Positions 19,996-29,401 of a stretch of DNA of 64,000 nt are shown in pieces. The stretch spans positions 544,001-608,000 of the forward strand of contig OZ243913.1 of assembly GCA_965213705.1 (NCBI GenBank), read 5' to 3'. The DNA comes from Trueperaceae bacterium. Lineage in GTDB: Bacteria; Deinococcota; Deinococci; Deinococcales; Trueperaceae. Each line of letters begins with the position of its first letter. Within the stretch, counting starts at the first letter, position 1. The notes beneath the pieces are model-generated. The model searched no databases, had not been told where the DNA came from, and saw only the letters and a list, made by a program, of their open reading frames with translations. The translations under genes and the position numbers were made by a program.

Positions 19996-20849
19996 GAGCG
20001 TGTTATGAACTAGCCGGAAGAGTTAAAAAAGGGGCTAAGCGTTTAAGCATGAGCATAGAGAAAGCTAAGAAATGCAGCCCAGCAAGGGTTTCAGGCAGTC
20101 GTTCATAGTCACGGGCTAAGCGCCTGAGTCGGGATGTCCAGGCAAAGGAACGCTCTACGACCCAGCGTCTGGGTAGCAAAACGAAGCCTTTCTTAGCTTC
20201 TTCGTGTTTAACAACGAAGAGCCGAATGCCTTGGCTTTTAGCCGCCTCGGCTGCGTCGTCACCTGTGTAGCCCTGGTCTACAAACGCAACCTCGACGGAT
20301 TCTCCAGTTATGGTTTGAACTTGCTCGGCAAGCGCTTCAACCTGATGGCGTTCTTGTTCGTTTGCAGGTGTAACGACAAGGGCTAAGAGTAGACCCAAGG
20401 TATCGACTGCCAGATGGACTTTAGAGCCTTTCTTACGCTTGTGTCCGTCATAGCCCGCACGTTCGCCACTCTCAGGCGTACTTTGTAAGGTGCGTCCATC
20501 AAACACCGTCGCTGTTGGGTTTTCTCCTCGTCCTTTCAGCCGTCTCAGCAGGCTTCGTAGGTCGTGGGTCATCTCCTCGAACACGCCTGCTTTTAACCAC
20601 CTTTGGCTTTGCTGATATACCGCTTCCCAAGGTGGGAAGTCACCAGGTAAATAGCGCCAAGGTGAGCCTGAGCGAACCATCCATCTCAAAGCATCAAACA
20701 CCTCTCGTAGGTCATAACTTCGTTGTGGGGCGTCTTCTCTGATTAAGCTCAAGTACGGTGCTACAAAAGCCCATTCTTCATCGCCGACATCACTCGGATA
20801 ACCTTTCCTTGTCATTCTTTAGTTTAGCGATTGAGTTCATAACACCCTC
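19996..20849 (-). mobile_element. IS5-family insertion sequence (IS1031-like), 854 bp
   Basis: TIRs GAGCGTGTTATGAACT (19996-20011) and AGTTCATAACACCCTC (20834-20849), 1 mismatch; flanked by TA on both sides. Confidence 0.9.
20003..20815 (-). CDS. IS5-family DDE transposase
   Basis: [55 protein letters not shown]; stop codon lies inside the TIR. Confidence 0.95.
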   Translation of the reverse strand: MTRKGYPSDVGDEEWAFVAPYLSLIREDAPQRSYDLREVFDALRWMVRSGSPWRYLPGDFPPWEAVYQQSQRWLKAGVFEEMTHDLRSLLRRLKGRGENPTATVFDGRTLQSTPESGERAGYDGHKRKKGSKVHLAVDTLGLLLALVVTPANEQERHQVEALAEQVQTITGESVEVAFVDQGYTGDDAAEAAKSQGIRLFVVKHEEAKKGFVLLPRRWVVERSFAWTSRLRRLARDYERLPETLAGLHFLAFSMLMLKRLAPFLTLPASS

Positions 20850-20850
20850 T

Positions 20851-20898
20851 AAGTTTAGGGCTCGAGCTTACCGAAGTCCGGGCAGACGTTTAGCGGCT
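20851..20898 (-). repeat. Degenerate copy of 21726-21776 (near the 3' end of the GH13 gene)
   Basis: Identical 16-mer CGAAGTCCGGGCAGAC at 20872 and 21750, with shared flanks AAGTT..AGGG..CTCGAGC and AGCGGCT. Confidence 0.7.
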
Positions 20899-20940
20899 GA
20901 GTTTGCATCCCTCGCAGTAAACGAAAAACCCATTCACGCT

Positions 20941-21327
20941 TTAGCTCGAGGGGGGATGTAAGCTGAGGTTGGCAACACCCTCAAAATCAGAAACGTTGAA
21001 AGTGACGAGCGTGATGTCGTGAACGAGTGCAGTCGCAGCGATGATGGCGTCGGGAACGAGCACGGGACGGTTGACCTTTTTGCCCTGAGCGATAATTTCG
21101 CCGGCTTTATCGGCAACTGAGCTGTCCAGGTCGAGGTTTACAAAGCGTGACAGCAGTTTTTGCGTGACGGCTTGTTCGCTTTCATGCGCGCCCGCCCTGA
21201 CCTCGAGCCCGGTCACCGTAACGATACAAAGGCGGTTGGTTTTTCCCAAACCGCGCAGCAACTGTACGGCGCTTTTTTGCCTCTGCAGATGGCGTATGAG
21301 CAGGCCCGTATCGAGCAAATAGCGCAA
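20941..21327 (-). CDS. vapC: VapC-type PIN toxin
   Basis: YLLDTG, LEV, PDAIIAATAL, LVTFNVSDF. Confidence 0.88.
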   Translation of the reverse strand: MRYLLDTGLLIRHLQRQKSAVQLLRGLGKTNRLCIVTVTGLEVRAGAHESEQAVTQKLLSRFVNLDLDSSVADKAGEIIAQGKKVNRPVLVPDAIIAATALVHDITLVTFNVSDFEGVANLSLHPPSS

Positions 21328-21335
21328 GATTATTT

Positions 21336-21578
21336 TCAGTTCTGGCGGGATTTTTTAAGCCACTCGTCTATGCCCCGGTCGTCTTGCAACGTAGGATGGT
21401 TTTCTAAAGACCACGTCCCCGCCGTCTCTTCCAAGGCTGAAGCTTGCTCGAGGAGGTCGAGGTGTTCTTCGATAGCTTGGGTAATAAAGAGGCTGCGCTT
21501 CCGACCGGGCACCGTCCGGTTCAAACGCTCGAGCAGCCTTGTGGACAACGTCATTGTGACTTTTTTATGTAAAGACAT
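21336..21578 (-). CDS. Ribbon-helix-helix antitoxin (VapB-like)
   Basis: AGGAGG RBS; KVTMTLS...RKRSLFITQAIEEHL; directly upstream of vapC. Confidence 0.75.
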   Translation of the reverse strand: MSLHKKVTMTLSTRLLERLNRTVPGRKRSLFITQAIEEHLDLLEQASALEETAGTWSLENHPTLQDDRGIDEWLKKSRQN

Positions 21579-21663
21579 CCGGCAAGACCTCCTGTCAGCC
21601 ATCCAGTTTACTGTATGTCGGTCTAAAGTTGGTAGAACAACAAAAGTTGCCGTTTAAGCTTTA

Positions 21664-23358
21664 TTATCCCACCGCCGCCAACCAGTGGAACCCGTAGGGC
21701 GGCAAAACGACGCTGTTGTCGCGGCAAGTTAGGGGGCGCTCGAGCATGTCGAAGTCCGGGCAGACCGTCAGCGGCTTGGGCAGAGGAACGCTCATTTCCT
21801 CACTGGAAAGATTCGCCAGCACCACAACTTCTTGACTGCCGAAGCTGCGCAAGTAGGCCAAAACTGCGGGATTGCCGACCTCCAAAAAGCTCAAACTGCC
21901 GCGCGAAAAGGCAAGGTAGTTGCGGCGGTTGCGGAGCATTTGCCGGAGCGGGTAAAAAATCTTTGCAGTGAGGCTGTCCGAGTCTTGCAAATCGCGCTCG
22001 GCCTGTTCCCAGTCGATAGGGCCACGAACGAGGTAACGCGAGTCCTGGTAGCCACTCTGCTCGACCATTTTGTCGTAATAGGCGCGGTCGTTTCCCTTGG
22101 CGAGTTCGTCGCCGTAGTAGACCACGGGCGTACCGACTAGGGTGAGTAAAATCGCGTTGAGCAGGTTGATTTGGCGTGGGTCTTCTTTGAGGAGCGTTGC
22201 CAAGCGTGCCGAGACGCCCTCGCCCTCGCGGAAGTCCCAGAGCGGGTCTTGAACGTAGTGGTCGTAAATCGAGGCACGTTCTTCGCGCGTGACCATCTCG
22301 AGCGTCAACTCGTCGTGACAGCGCAAAAACGAGACCCACTGGCAGTTCTCGGGAATCGGCGGGGTAAAGCTCGGTTGGAGCGTGTCTTGAATCGCCGTGG
22401 CATTCCCTTCGGCGAGGGCGCGGTAGATGCGCGGCATGAGCGGGAAGTGATAGGCGGCCAAGCACTCGTCGCCGTCACCGAAATACTTGGCGACTTCCAA
22501 CGGCGGCTGGTTCGCTTCGGCGAGTAAAATGCTGCCGGGGCGCAGATAATCCATCGCCGCGCGGAAGATTTTGACGATTGCATGCGTTTTGGGCAGGTTT
22601 TCGCAGTTCGTACCGGCCTCTTTCCAGAGGTAGGGAATCGCGTCGGCGCGAAAGCCGTCCACGCCGCGCACCAGCCAGCGCATGAGCATCAGCGTCATTT
22701 CAACAAGCACGTCGGGGTTGCGGTAGTTCAGGTCGGGCTGGATGTCGAAAAAGCGGTGGAAGTAAAACTGGTCGCCGTGAATCGTCCAGTTGCTGTCCAT
22801 CATGCCTTTGAAGATAACTCGAGCCTCTTTGTAAAGCTCGTTGCTGTCGCTCCAGATGTAATAATCGCGGTGCTCCGAGGTTTTGTCGTCTTTCGAAGAC
22901 GCGAACCACTCGTGCTCCTCGGAACTGTGGTTGAGGGCGATGTCGAACAGGATGTAAATGCCGCGCGCGTGCGCCGCCTCGACGAATGCGTCGAAGACCT
23001 CGCGCGTGCTCTTTTCCGTGGACGTAACGAGGTCGTCGCGCACCTTCGTGTAGTCGCGGATGTCGAAGCCCGCGTCGCGCATGGGCGAGTCGAGAATCGG
23101 CAGCAGCCACAGCGCGGTGACGCCCAAGTCTTGCAGGTACTCGAGCTTGTCTGTCAGCCCTTCGAAACTCTCGTTGAACAGGTCGACGTAGAGCGAGTAA
23201 ACGACCACGTCCTTGTACCACTCGGCGGGCAGCGCGGGCAGGGTGTGCTCGGTTTTGAGGGTTTTGAGTTCGTTCAGGAAGGGCTCGAGCTTGTCTTCGT
23301 ACCCTCCGTCGTAAAGTTCCGTCCATAAGCTGCGAATGCGCTCCAGGGGTTCGTTCAT
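21664..23358 (-). CDS. GH13 trehalose-synthase (TreS)-like alpha-glucan enzyme
   Basis: WYKDVVVY, GFRADAIPYL, LAEANQ, FLRCHDELTLE, YYGDE. Confidence 0.8.
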   Translation of the reverse strand: MNEPLERIRSLWTELYDGGYEDKLEPFLNELKTLKTEHTLPALPAEWYKDVVVYSLYVDLFNESFEGLTDKLEYLQDLGVTALWLLPILDSPMRDAGFDIRDYTKVRDDLVTSTEKSTREVFDAFVEAAHARGIYILFDIALNHSSEEHEWFASSKDDKTSEHRDYYIWSDSNELYKEARVIFKGMMDSNWTIHGDQFYFHRFFDIQPDLNYRNPDVLVEMTLMLMRWLVRGVDGFRADAIPYLWKEAGTNCENLPKTHAIVKIFRAAMDYLRPGSILLAEANQPPLEVAKYFGDGDECLAAYHFPLMPRIYRALAEGNATAIQDTLQPSFTPPIPENCQWVSFLRCHDELTLEMVTREERASIYDHYVQDPLWDFREGEGVSARLATLLKEDPRQINLLNAILLTLVGTPVVYYGDELAKGNDRAYYDKMVEQSGYQDSRYLVRGPIDWEQAERDLQDSDSLTAKIFYPLRQMLRNRRNYLAFSRGSLSFLEVGNPAVLAYLRSFGSQEVVVLANLSSEEMSVPLPKPLTVCPDFDMLERPLTCRDNSVVLPPYGFHWLAAVG

Positions 23359-23420
23359 GTCTTTATCTTCTCACGATTCGGTGGGGCGTGCGGCGGGGCA
23401 TCGTGATACGCTCTCAAGCT

Positions 23421-24566
23421 ATGAAAGAGGACGCCAAGCTCGAGACCCTCGCCATTCACACCGCCGCCGAGCCCGACCCGGCCACGGGCGCAGTGACCGC
23501 GCCGATTCACCTGTCCACCACCTTCGAGCGTGAGGCTGACGGCTCGTTCCCGCACGGCTACATCTACACCCGCACCGAGAACCCGAACCGGCTGGCGCTC
23601 GAGGAAATATTGAAAACTTTGGAAGACGGCGCAGCTGCCGCCGCCTTCTCGTCGGGCTCGGCGGCGGCGGGCGCGGTGTTTCGGGCGCTGCGACCCGGCG
23701 ACCACGCGGTGATTCCGGACGACATGTACCACGGGCTCCGCAAGTTGTTGAACCAGGTATTCGTACCGTGGGGGCTCGAGCTTACCCCCGTGGACATGAC
23801 CAATTTGGACGCGCTGAAAGCGGCTTTGCAACCGAACACCAAACTTGTCTGGATTGAAACGCCGTCCAACCCCATGCTCAAAATTACCGATGTGGCTGCG
23901 GTCGCCGAGCTTGCCAGGAGCGTCCATGCGCGGGTCGCCTGCGACAACACTTGGACGCCGCCGCGGTTGCAGCCTGTTTTTGATTTGGGGGCCGACCTCG
24001 TGATGCACGCCACGACGAAGTACCTCGCCGGCCACAGCGACGTGCTCGGCGGCGCGGTCGTAGCGAGGAAAAAAGACGAGTTTTGGGAGCGTGTCACTTT
24101 TGTGCAAAAGATGGAGGGTGCCGTACCCTCGCCCTTCGACTGCTGGCTCACCCTGCGCGGCATCCGCACGCTGCCCTACCGGATGCGCGGCCACTGCGAA
24201 AACGCTTTAAGAGTCGCCGAGTTTTTAAACGAGCATTCGCAAGTAGAAAAGGTGTACCATCCCGGCCTGCCGTCTCACCAAGGCCACAGCGTTGCCAAAA
24301 AGCAAATGAACGCCTACGGTGGAATGCTCTCGTTTCAGGTCGAAGGTAGCGAGTTTGAAGCGATGCGGGTGGCGGCGGGCGTCCGGATTTTCACCCGCGC
24401 GACGAGTTTAGGCGGGGTGGAGAGTTTGCTAGAGCACCGCGCCAGCATCGAGGGACCGGATTCAATGACGCCCAAGAACTTGCTGCGGGTGTCGGTGGGC
24501 CTCGAGCACCCGGACGACCTGGTGGCAGATTTGGAGCAAGCGCTTGATAAGGTATTCAAGACTTAG
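23421..24566 (+). CDS. Cystathionine gamma-synthase/lyase family PLP enzyme
   Basis: YTRTENPN, WIETPSNP, DNTW, HATTKYLAGHSDVLGG, SLGGVESL, RVSVGLE. Confidence 0.9.
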   Translation: MKEDAKLETLAIHTAAEPDPATGAVTAPIHLSTTFEREADGSFPHGYIYTRTENPNRLALEEILKTLEDGAAAAAFSSGSAAAGAVFRALRPGDHAVIPDDMYHGLRKLLNQVFVPWGLELTPVDMTNLDALKAALQPNTKLVWIETPSNPMLKITDVAAVAELARSVHARVACDNTWTPPRLQPVFDLGADLVMHATTKYLAGHSDVLGGAVVARKKDEFWERVTFVQKMEGAVPSPFDCWLTLRGIRTLPYRMRGHCENALRVAEFLNEHSQVEKVYHPGLPSHQGHSVAKKQMNAYGGMLSFQVEGSEFEAMRVAAGVRIFTRATSLGGVESLLEHRASIEGPDSMTPKNLLRVSVGLEHPDDLVADLEQALDKVFKT

Positions 24567-24625
24567 CCACGCCGTAAAAGTCCACCCTTCGTACTAAAGG
24601 CATTTGTGTCGAGAAAGGCAATTCG

Positions 24626-25558
24626 GTGAACCGTACCGACCGGCTGTTGGCGATGGTGCTCGAGCTGCAAGGCCGGGACCGAGTGACCGCCACAGAACTC
24701 GCCCGCACCTTCGAGGTCACCAAGCGCACCATCTACCGCGATATTGCCGCGCTGAACGAGTCGGGCGTGCCGGTAGTATCGATGGCGGGTCAGGGCTACT
24801 GGCTTATGGAAGGTTACTTTTTACCGCCCGTGTCACTAAGCCCCGAAGAAGCGATTATGCTGACGTTAGGCAGTCAGGCGATGGCGCACAGTTTCGACGC
24901 GCAGTACCGCGCCGCTGCCCAGTCCGGCGCGCGCAAAATTGAGGCAGTGCTAAACGAGGCTGTGGCTGAAGAAGTCGCCTATTTAAAAAACAACATCCGC
25001 TTTATTCAAGCGGCGGGCGCGGCAGACACCTCGGAATTATTGCAACTGGCGCGGCGGGCGATTCTCGAGCGGCGCTGTTTACGCCTTCATTACGCTAAAC
25101 GTGTCGCTAGCGAACAAGAACTGAGCGAACGCACTGTGAACCCGCACGGGCTGGTCCACTTTAACGATACCTGGATGCTTTCCGCCTTTTGCCAGTTGCG
25201 CGGGGACATGCGCGTATTCAGGCTGAACCGCATCCAGGGTGTAAACCTGCTGGACGAAACCTTCGCGCGGCAAAAAGATTTTAGTGTCCATCATTCACAG
25301 AGATTGCAAGCGGAACCCATCACCATCGAGCTACTTTTTCAGCCCGGCATGACGCCCTGGGTCAAAGAGCGAAGCGCCTATTTCGTCCACGCTTACAAAG
25401 AAACGCCAGCGGGCTTGCAGGTCACGCTTCAGGTAGGGCGTTTTGACGAAGCCTTTGCCTGGATTCTGGGTTGGGGTAGTAGCGTCACTGTGCTAAGCCC
25501 GGAGAGTTTTAAGAAGAGGGTAAAGCAGGAACTCGAGGCTACTCTAAAAGCCTACTGA
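24626..25558 (+). CDS. YafY-type HTH-WYL-WCX transcriptional regulator
   Basis: NRTDRLL, EVTKRTIYRDI, RTVNPHGL, WMLSAFCQLRGDMRVFRLNRI, WILGWG. Confidence 0.9.
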   Translation: MNRTDRLLAMVLELQGRDRVTATELARTFEVTKRTIYRDIAALNESGVPVVSMAGQGYWLMEGYFLPPVSLSPEEAIMLTLGSQAMAHSFDAQYRAAAQSGARKIEAVLNEAVAEEVAYLKNNIRFIQAAGAADTSELLQLARRAILERRCLRLHYAKRVASEQELSERTVNPHGLVHFNDTWMLSAFCQLRGDMRVFRLNRIQGVNLLDETFARQKDFSVHHSQRLQAEPITIELLFQPGMTPWVKERSAYFVHAYKETPAGLQVTLQVGRFDEAFAWILGWGSSVTVLSPESFKKRVKQELEATLKAY

Positions 25559-25620
25559 CACAAAAGCAGGAACGGGGAATGGAAAAAGCTTTTTCCCATT
25601 CCTCGTTCTCCCTACTGACA
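25551..25620. repeat. Hairpin element flanked by 10-bp direct repeat CCTACTGACA
   Basis: CCTACTGACA at 25551 and 25611; between them GAACGGGGAATGGAAAAAG / CTTTTTCCCATTCCTCGTTC. Confidence 0.7.
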
Positions 25621-25631
25621 TAACGTTGTCA
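25616..25631. promoter_or_regulatory. Candidate WYL-regulator operator TGACA-N6-TGTCA
   Basis: TGACA TAACGT TGTCA inverted repeat upstream of the VOC gene. Confidence 0.55.
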
Positions 25632-25708
25632 CTCGCCTACCTTAAATTTATAGGTGGATGGGCAAGAGCAAAAGAAGCTCTAAACCTTCCCCATCCCGGA
25701 GGATAAAC

Positions 25709-26080
25709 ATGACAAACGCACTCAACTGGTTCGAGATTCCTGTAACCGACATCGACAGGGCAAAAGCCTTTTACGGCGAGGTACTGGGCAGCGAGCTGAA
25801 GGCTTTTGCTATTGATGAACTGGGCGGCAGAACTGAAATGATGTTGCCCTACCAGGACGGTGTCGGCGGCGCGCTGGTGCAGCACGACGACTACATTCCC
25901 AGTCAAGAGGGAAGCGTCGTTTACTTAAACGGCGGCGACGACCTGAGCGTGCCTCTCGGCAAGGTCGAGGCAGCAGGAGGCAAAGTCCTGGCGGACAAGA
26001 TGAGCATCGGCGAGAACGGTTTTATCGCTTTCTTTCTAGATACCGAGGGCAACAAGGTCGGCTTGCATTCGATGAGCTGA
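25709..26080 (+). CDS. VOC/glyoxalase family protein
   Basis: GGAGGA RBS; WFEIPVTDIDRAKAFY, GGALV, FLDTEGNKVGLHS. Confidence 0.9.
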   Translation: MTNALNWFEIPVTDIDRAKAFYGEVLGSELKAFAIDELGGRTEMMLPYQDGVGGALVQHDDYIPSQEGSVVYLNGGDDLSVPLGKVEAAGGKVLADKMSIGENGFIAFFLDTEGNKVGLHSMS

Positions 26081-26100
26081 AAAACTTCTTCAAATGAGTC

Positions 26101-26132
26101 CCCGCAGTCTTTCGTTAGGCTGCGGGATTTTT
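26101..26132 (+). terminator. Rho-independent terminator
   Basis: CCCGCAGTCT / AGGCTGCGGG stem followed by ATTTTT. Confidence 0.75.
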
Positions 26133-26209
26133 ATGCCATCGTTCGCGTGAGAGAGACTATTTGGGTAAGTGAGTGCGCTAAACTGGCGAGAATTAGCGGA
26201 GGAGAACCT

Positions 26210-27187
26210 ATGTCAACAAGCCCTGTCAGCCAGTTTTTAAAACGCCACTATCGCCACTTCAACGCCGCCGCCCTCATTGACGCCGCCGCAGCGTACACGA
26301 CTCACTTGGACAACGGCGGCAAAATGATGGTCACGCTCGCCGGGGCCATGAGCACTGCCGAACTCGGGCTGTCGCTGGCCGAGATGATTCGCCGGGACAA
26401 GGTTCACATCATCTCTTGCACCGGGGCGAACCTCGAGGAGGACATCTTCAACCTCATCGCGCACGACTATTACGAGCGCCTGCCGAACTGGCGCGACCTA
26501 ACGCCGCAGGAGGAGCAGGGTTTGCTCGAGCGCCACATGAACCGCGTCACCGACACCACCATCCCCGAAGAAGAAGCGATGCGCCGCCTCGAGAAAGCCC
26601 TCGTGGACGAATGGGCGAAGGCTGATAAAGCAGGAGAGAGCTACTTCCCGCACGAGTTTCTTTACAAACTCATCCGCTCGGGCGCGCTAAAAGAACACTA
26701 CCAAATTGACCCCCAAGACTCTTGGATGGTCGCCGCGTGTGAAAAAAACCTGCCCATCGTCGTGCCCGGTTGGGAGGACTCGACCACCGGCAACATGTAC
26801 GCCTCGCACTGCATCACGGGTGAAGTCAAAAACGTCCACACCGTCAAAACGGGCATCCAGTACATGATTGAACTCGCCGACTGGTACACGCAGACCGCCG
26901 GGGAGAGCAGCGTCGGCTTTTTTCAAATCGGCGGCGGCATCGCCGGGGACTTCCCGATTTGCGTCGTGCCGATGCTCCATCAGGACTTGCAGCGTGACAA
27001 CGTGCCGATGTGGGGCTACTTTTGCCAAATCAGCGATTCGACCACGAGCTACGGCAGTTACTCGGGCGCGGTGCCGAACGAGAAAATCACCTGGGGCAAG
27101 CTGAATGTGGACACGCCGAAGTACATCATCGAGTCGGACGCGACGATTGTTGCGCCGCTGATGTTTGCACTGATTTTGGGGGAGTAA
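26210..27187 (+). CDS. Deoxyhypusine-synthase-family protein (possible homospermidine synthase)
   Basis: GGAGGAG RBS; LAGAMSTAELG, CTGANLEED, IGGG, GSYSGAVPNEKITWGK, SDATI. Confidence 0.85.
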   Translation: MSTSPVSQFLKRHYRHFNAAALIDAAAAYTTHLDNGGKMMVTLAGAMSTAELGLSLAEMIRRDKVHIISCTGANLEEDIFNLIAHDYYERLPNWRDLTPQEEQGLLERHMNRVTDTTIPEEEAMRRLEKALVDEWAKADKAGESYFPHEFLYKLIRSGALKEHYQIDPQDSWMVAACEKNLPIVVPGWEDSTTGNMYASHCITGEVKNVHTVKTGIQYMIELADWYTQTAGESSVGFFQIGGGIAGDFPICVVPMLHQDLQRDNVPMWGYFCQISDSTTSYGSYSGAVPNEKITWGKLNVDTPKYIIESDATIVAPLMFALILGE

Positions 27188-27308
27188 GAGACAAATTTTA
27201 GTTTGCTGACAGGTTTAGTGCAAGGATAATAAGGTTATTTTCACCATAAAGGCATTCCAGGTCTCATGAGATGATATGAGTTTATATAAGAAATAGCTAG
27301 GAGTTTGT

Positions 27309-28106
27309 ATGTCCTATCAAGCCACCGTGATCAACATCATGATTGCCTCACCAGGTGATGTTACAGATGAAAGACAAAAGATTCGTGATGTTGTTTTTGA
27401 GTGGAATGTCACACACGCTGAGGACAAAAAGTTGGTACTCATGCCAGTCGGATGGGATTCGCATTCTACTCCTGAAATGGGTAGAAGACCTCAAGCGATT
27501 ATTAACGAACAAGTATTGAATAGGTGTGACTTGTTAGTTGCGGTTTTTTGGACGCGACTTGGTAGTCCTACAGGTGAATCAACCAGTGGTACTGTTGAGG
27601 AAATTGACAGACACCTAGAAGCGGGAAAACCGGCAATGCTTTATTTCTCAAACACCCCTGTCCGACTTGATAGTGTGGTGGATGAACAGTATCATGCTCT
27701 GAAAGCATTTCGTAAAAATTGTGAAAAACGCGGTCTTATTGAAACCTATGGATCCATTCAAGAATTTCATGACAAATTTACTCGACAACTTACACAAAAA
27801 GTTAATCGTATGTTTGCTGGACCTGTTGAAATACCCAAACTATCGGATGAAGCTCGAACATTACTACTGGAGGCGTCTCAGGACAATGGAATCATTTTCT
27901 GTCTCCTTACAATGGATGGTTTGGATATTCAGGCAAATGGAAAGCAGATGACTGAGGCAGGCAACGCACGTTCCGAGGCAAAGTGGAAGTCTGCTCTCGA
28001 AAATCTACTTCTGTTAGGGCTTATCGAATCGAAGGATAGTATGGAAGAGGTTTTTGGACTGACTTATGAGGGCTTCGAAGTAGCGGATAGTTTTGCTGAG
28101 TTATGA
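27309..28106 (+). CDS. DUF4062-like (TIR/NDT-related fold) protein, AT-rich insert
   Basis: IMIASPGDVTDER, CDLLVAVFWTRLG, SGTVEEI, AMLYFS; visibly AT-richer than its flanks. Confidence 0.7.
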   Translation: MSYQATVINIMIASPGDVTDERQKIRDVVFEWNVTHAEDKKLVLMPVGWDSHSTPEMGRRPQAIINEQVLNRCDLLVAVFWTRLGSPTGESTSGTVEEIDRHLEAGKPAMLYFSNTPVRLDSVVDEQYHALKAFRKNCEKRGLIETYGSIQEFHDKFTRQLTQKVNRMFAGPVEIPKLSDEARTLLLEASQDNGIIFCLLTMDGLDIQANGKQMTEAGNARSEAKWKSALENLLLLGLIESKDSMEEVFGLTYEGFEVADSFAEL

Positions 28107-28268
28107 CACGACTATCTTGCATGATGGGTAGAACAAAGAAAATCATTGTTGACTTGTTGGGCTTCTACGACCTCGAGCCCTCCATCCTTCTCACTCCGCG
28201 AGCCTTGCCGTCAACCTGCTTCGCTCATGCTTCTTCCCCGGTACAATAGATTCAAAAGGAGGTTGCCG

Positions 28269-28487
28269 ATGACACGCCTTTTGGAAAAAGCCTTCGCAGA
28301 AGCCTCGCGTTTGCCCGAGCGCGAGCAGGACGCCATCGCCGAAATCGTGTTGGCCGAACTTGCCTCTGAAGAGCGTTGGAACGAGCTTTTTGAAAAGTCG
28401 CAGAACGCCCTTGCCGAACTCGCGGAAGAAGCCTTGGCCGAGTACCGGGCGGGAAAAACCAAGCCCCTCAACGTTGACGATTTGTGA
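28269..28487 (+). CDS. Antitoxin of a RelE/ParE-like pair
   Basis: AGGAGG RBS; MTRLLEKAF..LPEREQDAIA..EERW; overlaps the toxin start. Confidence 0.75.
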   Translation: MTRLLEKAFAEASRLPEREQDAIAEIVLAELASEERWNELFEKSQNALAELAEEALAEYRAGKTKPLNVDDL

Positions 28488-28750
28488 ACCGAACGACTGA
28501 CAAATTTTGGAAGCTGTACGCGCGGCTGGACAGGACGACGAAAGAGCAAGCTCGAGCCGCTTATCGGTTACTTGAGCAAAACCCTCAGCATCCGAGTTTG
28601 CAGTTCAAAAAAGTTCATGGCAAACTGCCCGTCTATTCAGCGCGAATCAACCTGAACCACCGCGCTGTAGGGATTCGTGAAGGTGAAGACATCATCTGGT
28701 TCTGGGTTGGCCCGCATGACGAGTATGAGAAGCTGCTTGCTCGACTTTAG
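28484..28750 (+). CDS. RelE/ParE-superfamily toxin
   Basis: FWKLY..L, NPQHPSLQFKK, YSARI, WFWVGPHDEYEKL. Confidence 0.8.
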   Translation: MNRTTDKFWKLYARLDRTTKEQARAAYRLLEQNPQHPSLQFKKVHGKLPVYSARINLNHRAVGIREGEDIIWFWVGPHDEYEKLLARL

Positions 28751-28783
28751 CAAGCTAAATCATGCAGCGCCGTCAACTGAGGA

Positions 28784-29275
28784 CTACTTTTGCACCTCAT
28801 AACTTTTTGAACCCTCGAGCACTTTCTCCAAAGCAAACAACAACTCGTAAAGCTTTTCTAAACGCTCGCTCCCAAAAGCCTCTTCTATTTCTGAATAGCG
28901 CGCCTCGAGCCGCGGCATAATTTCTCTTGTAAGTTCGCGTGCTTGGTCGCTTAAAGAGATGAGCGAACTGCGCTGGTCTTGGGTGTTGGCGTCCCGCTGC
29001 ACCAGACCTCGAGCCTCGAGCCGCTTGACAATGCCCGACATGCTCGGCAGCAAAATGTGACACCGCTGGGCAAGGGTCGAAATGTCGAGCGCGTCGGCGT
29101 CGTTTAGCGCGCGGACGACCCGCCACTGCGGTTCGGTAAGGTCGTATTCGGCCAAGAGCGGGCGAAACCGGGTCATGGCGGCGTCTCGTGCGCGTAACAA
29201 CGCCATCGGCAACGAATTATCGAAGGTGGGAAGCGTGGGCCGCATCGGTTTCGGTAAGGTAACGGTTTCAGGCAT
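28784..29275 (-). CDS. hpaR: Homoprotocatechuate operon repressor (MarR family)
   Basis: SLPMALLRARDAAMTRFRP, LTEPQWRV, ILLPSMSGI; divergent from the hpa genes; GAGGAG RBS before 29275. Confidence 0.88.
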   Translation of the reverse strand: MPETVTLPKPMRPTLPTFDNSLPMALLRARDAAMTRFRPLLAEYDLTEPQWRVVRALNDADALDISTLAQRCHILLPSMSGIVKRLEARGLVQRDANTQDQRSSLISLSDQARELTREIMPRLEARYSEIEEAFGSERLEKLYELLFALEKVLEGSKSYEVQK

Positions 29276-29319
29276 AGCGAGACTCCTCGAGCGAGCCTCT
29301 ACAAAAGGGGTCTGACCCA

Positions 29320-29353
29320 TTGACAGGGGCGGCGCAACTATTTAACATGTTAA
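29320..29353 (+). promoter_or_regulatory. hpa promoter with overlapping palindromic operator
   Basis: TTGACA (29320-25)-N17-TAACAT (29343-48); perfect palindrome TTAACATGTTAA at 29342-29353. Confidence 0.75.
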
Positions 29354-29401
29354 CTATAAGCTAACACAGCCACCGACACGTCTGCAACGATGGAGGAGAA
29401 A

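Noticed and set aside
19350..21578. Composite transposon carrying both TA pairs
   Set aside because: Only one IS copy, located between the modules, with its own TA duplication.
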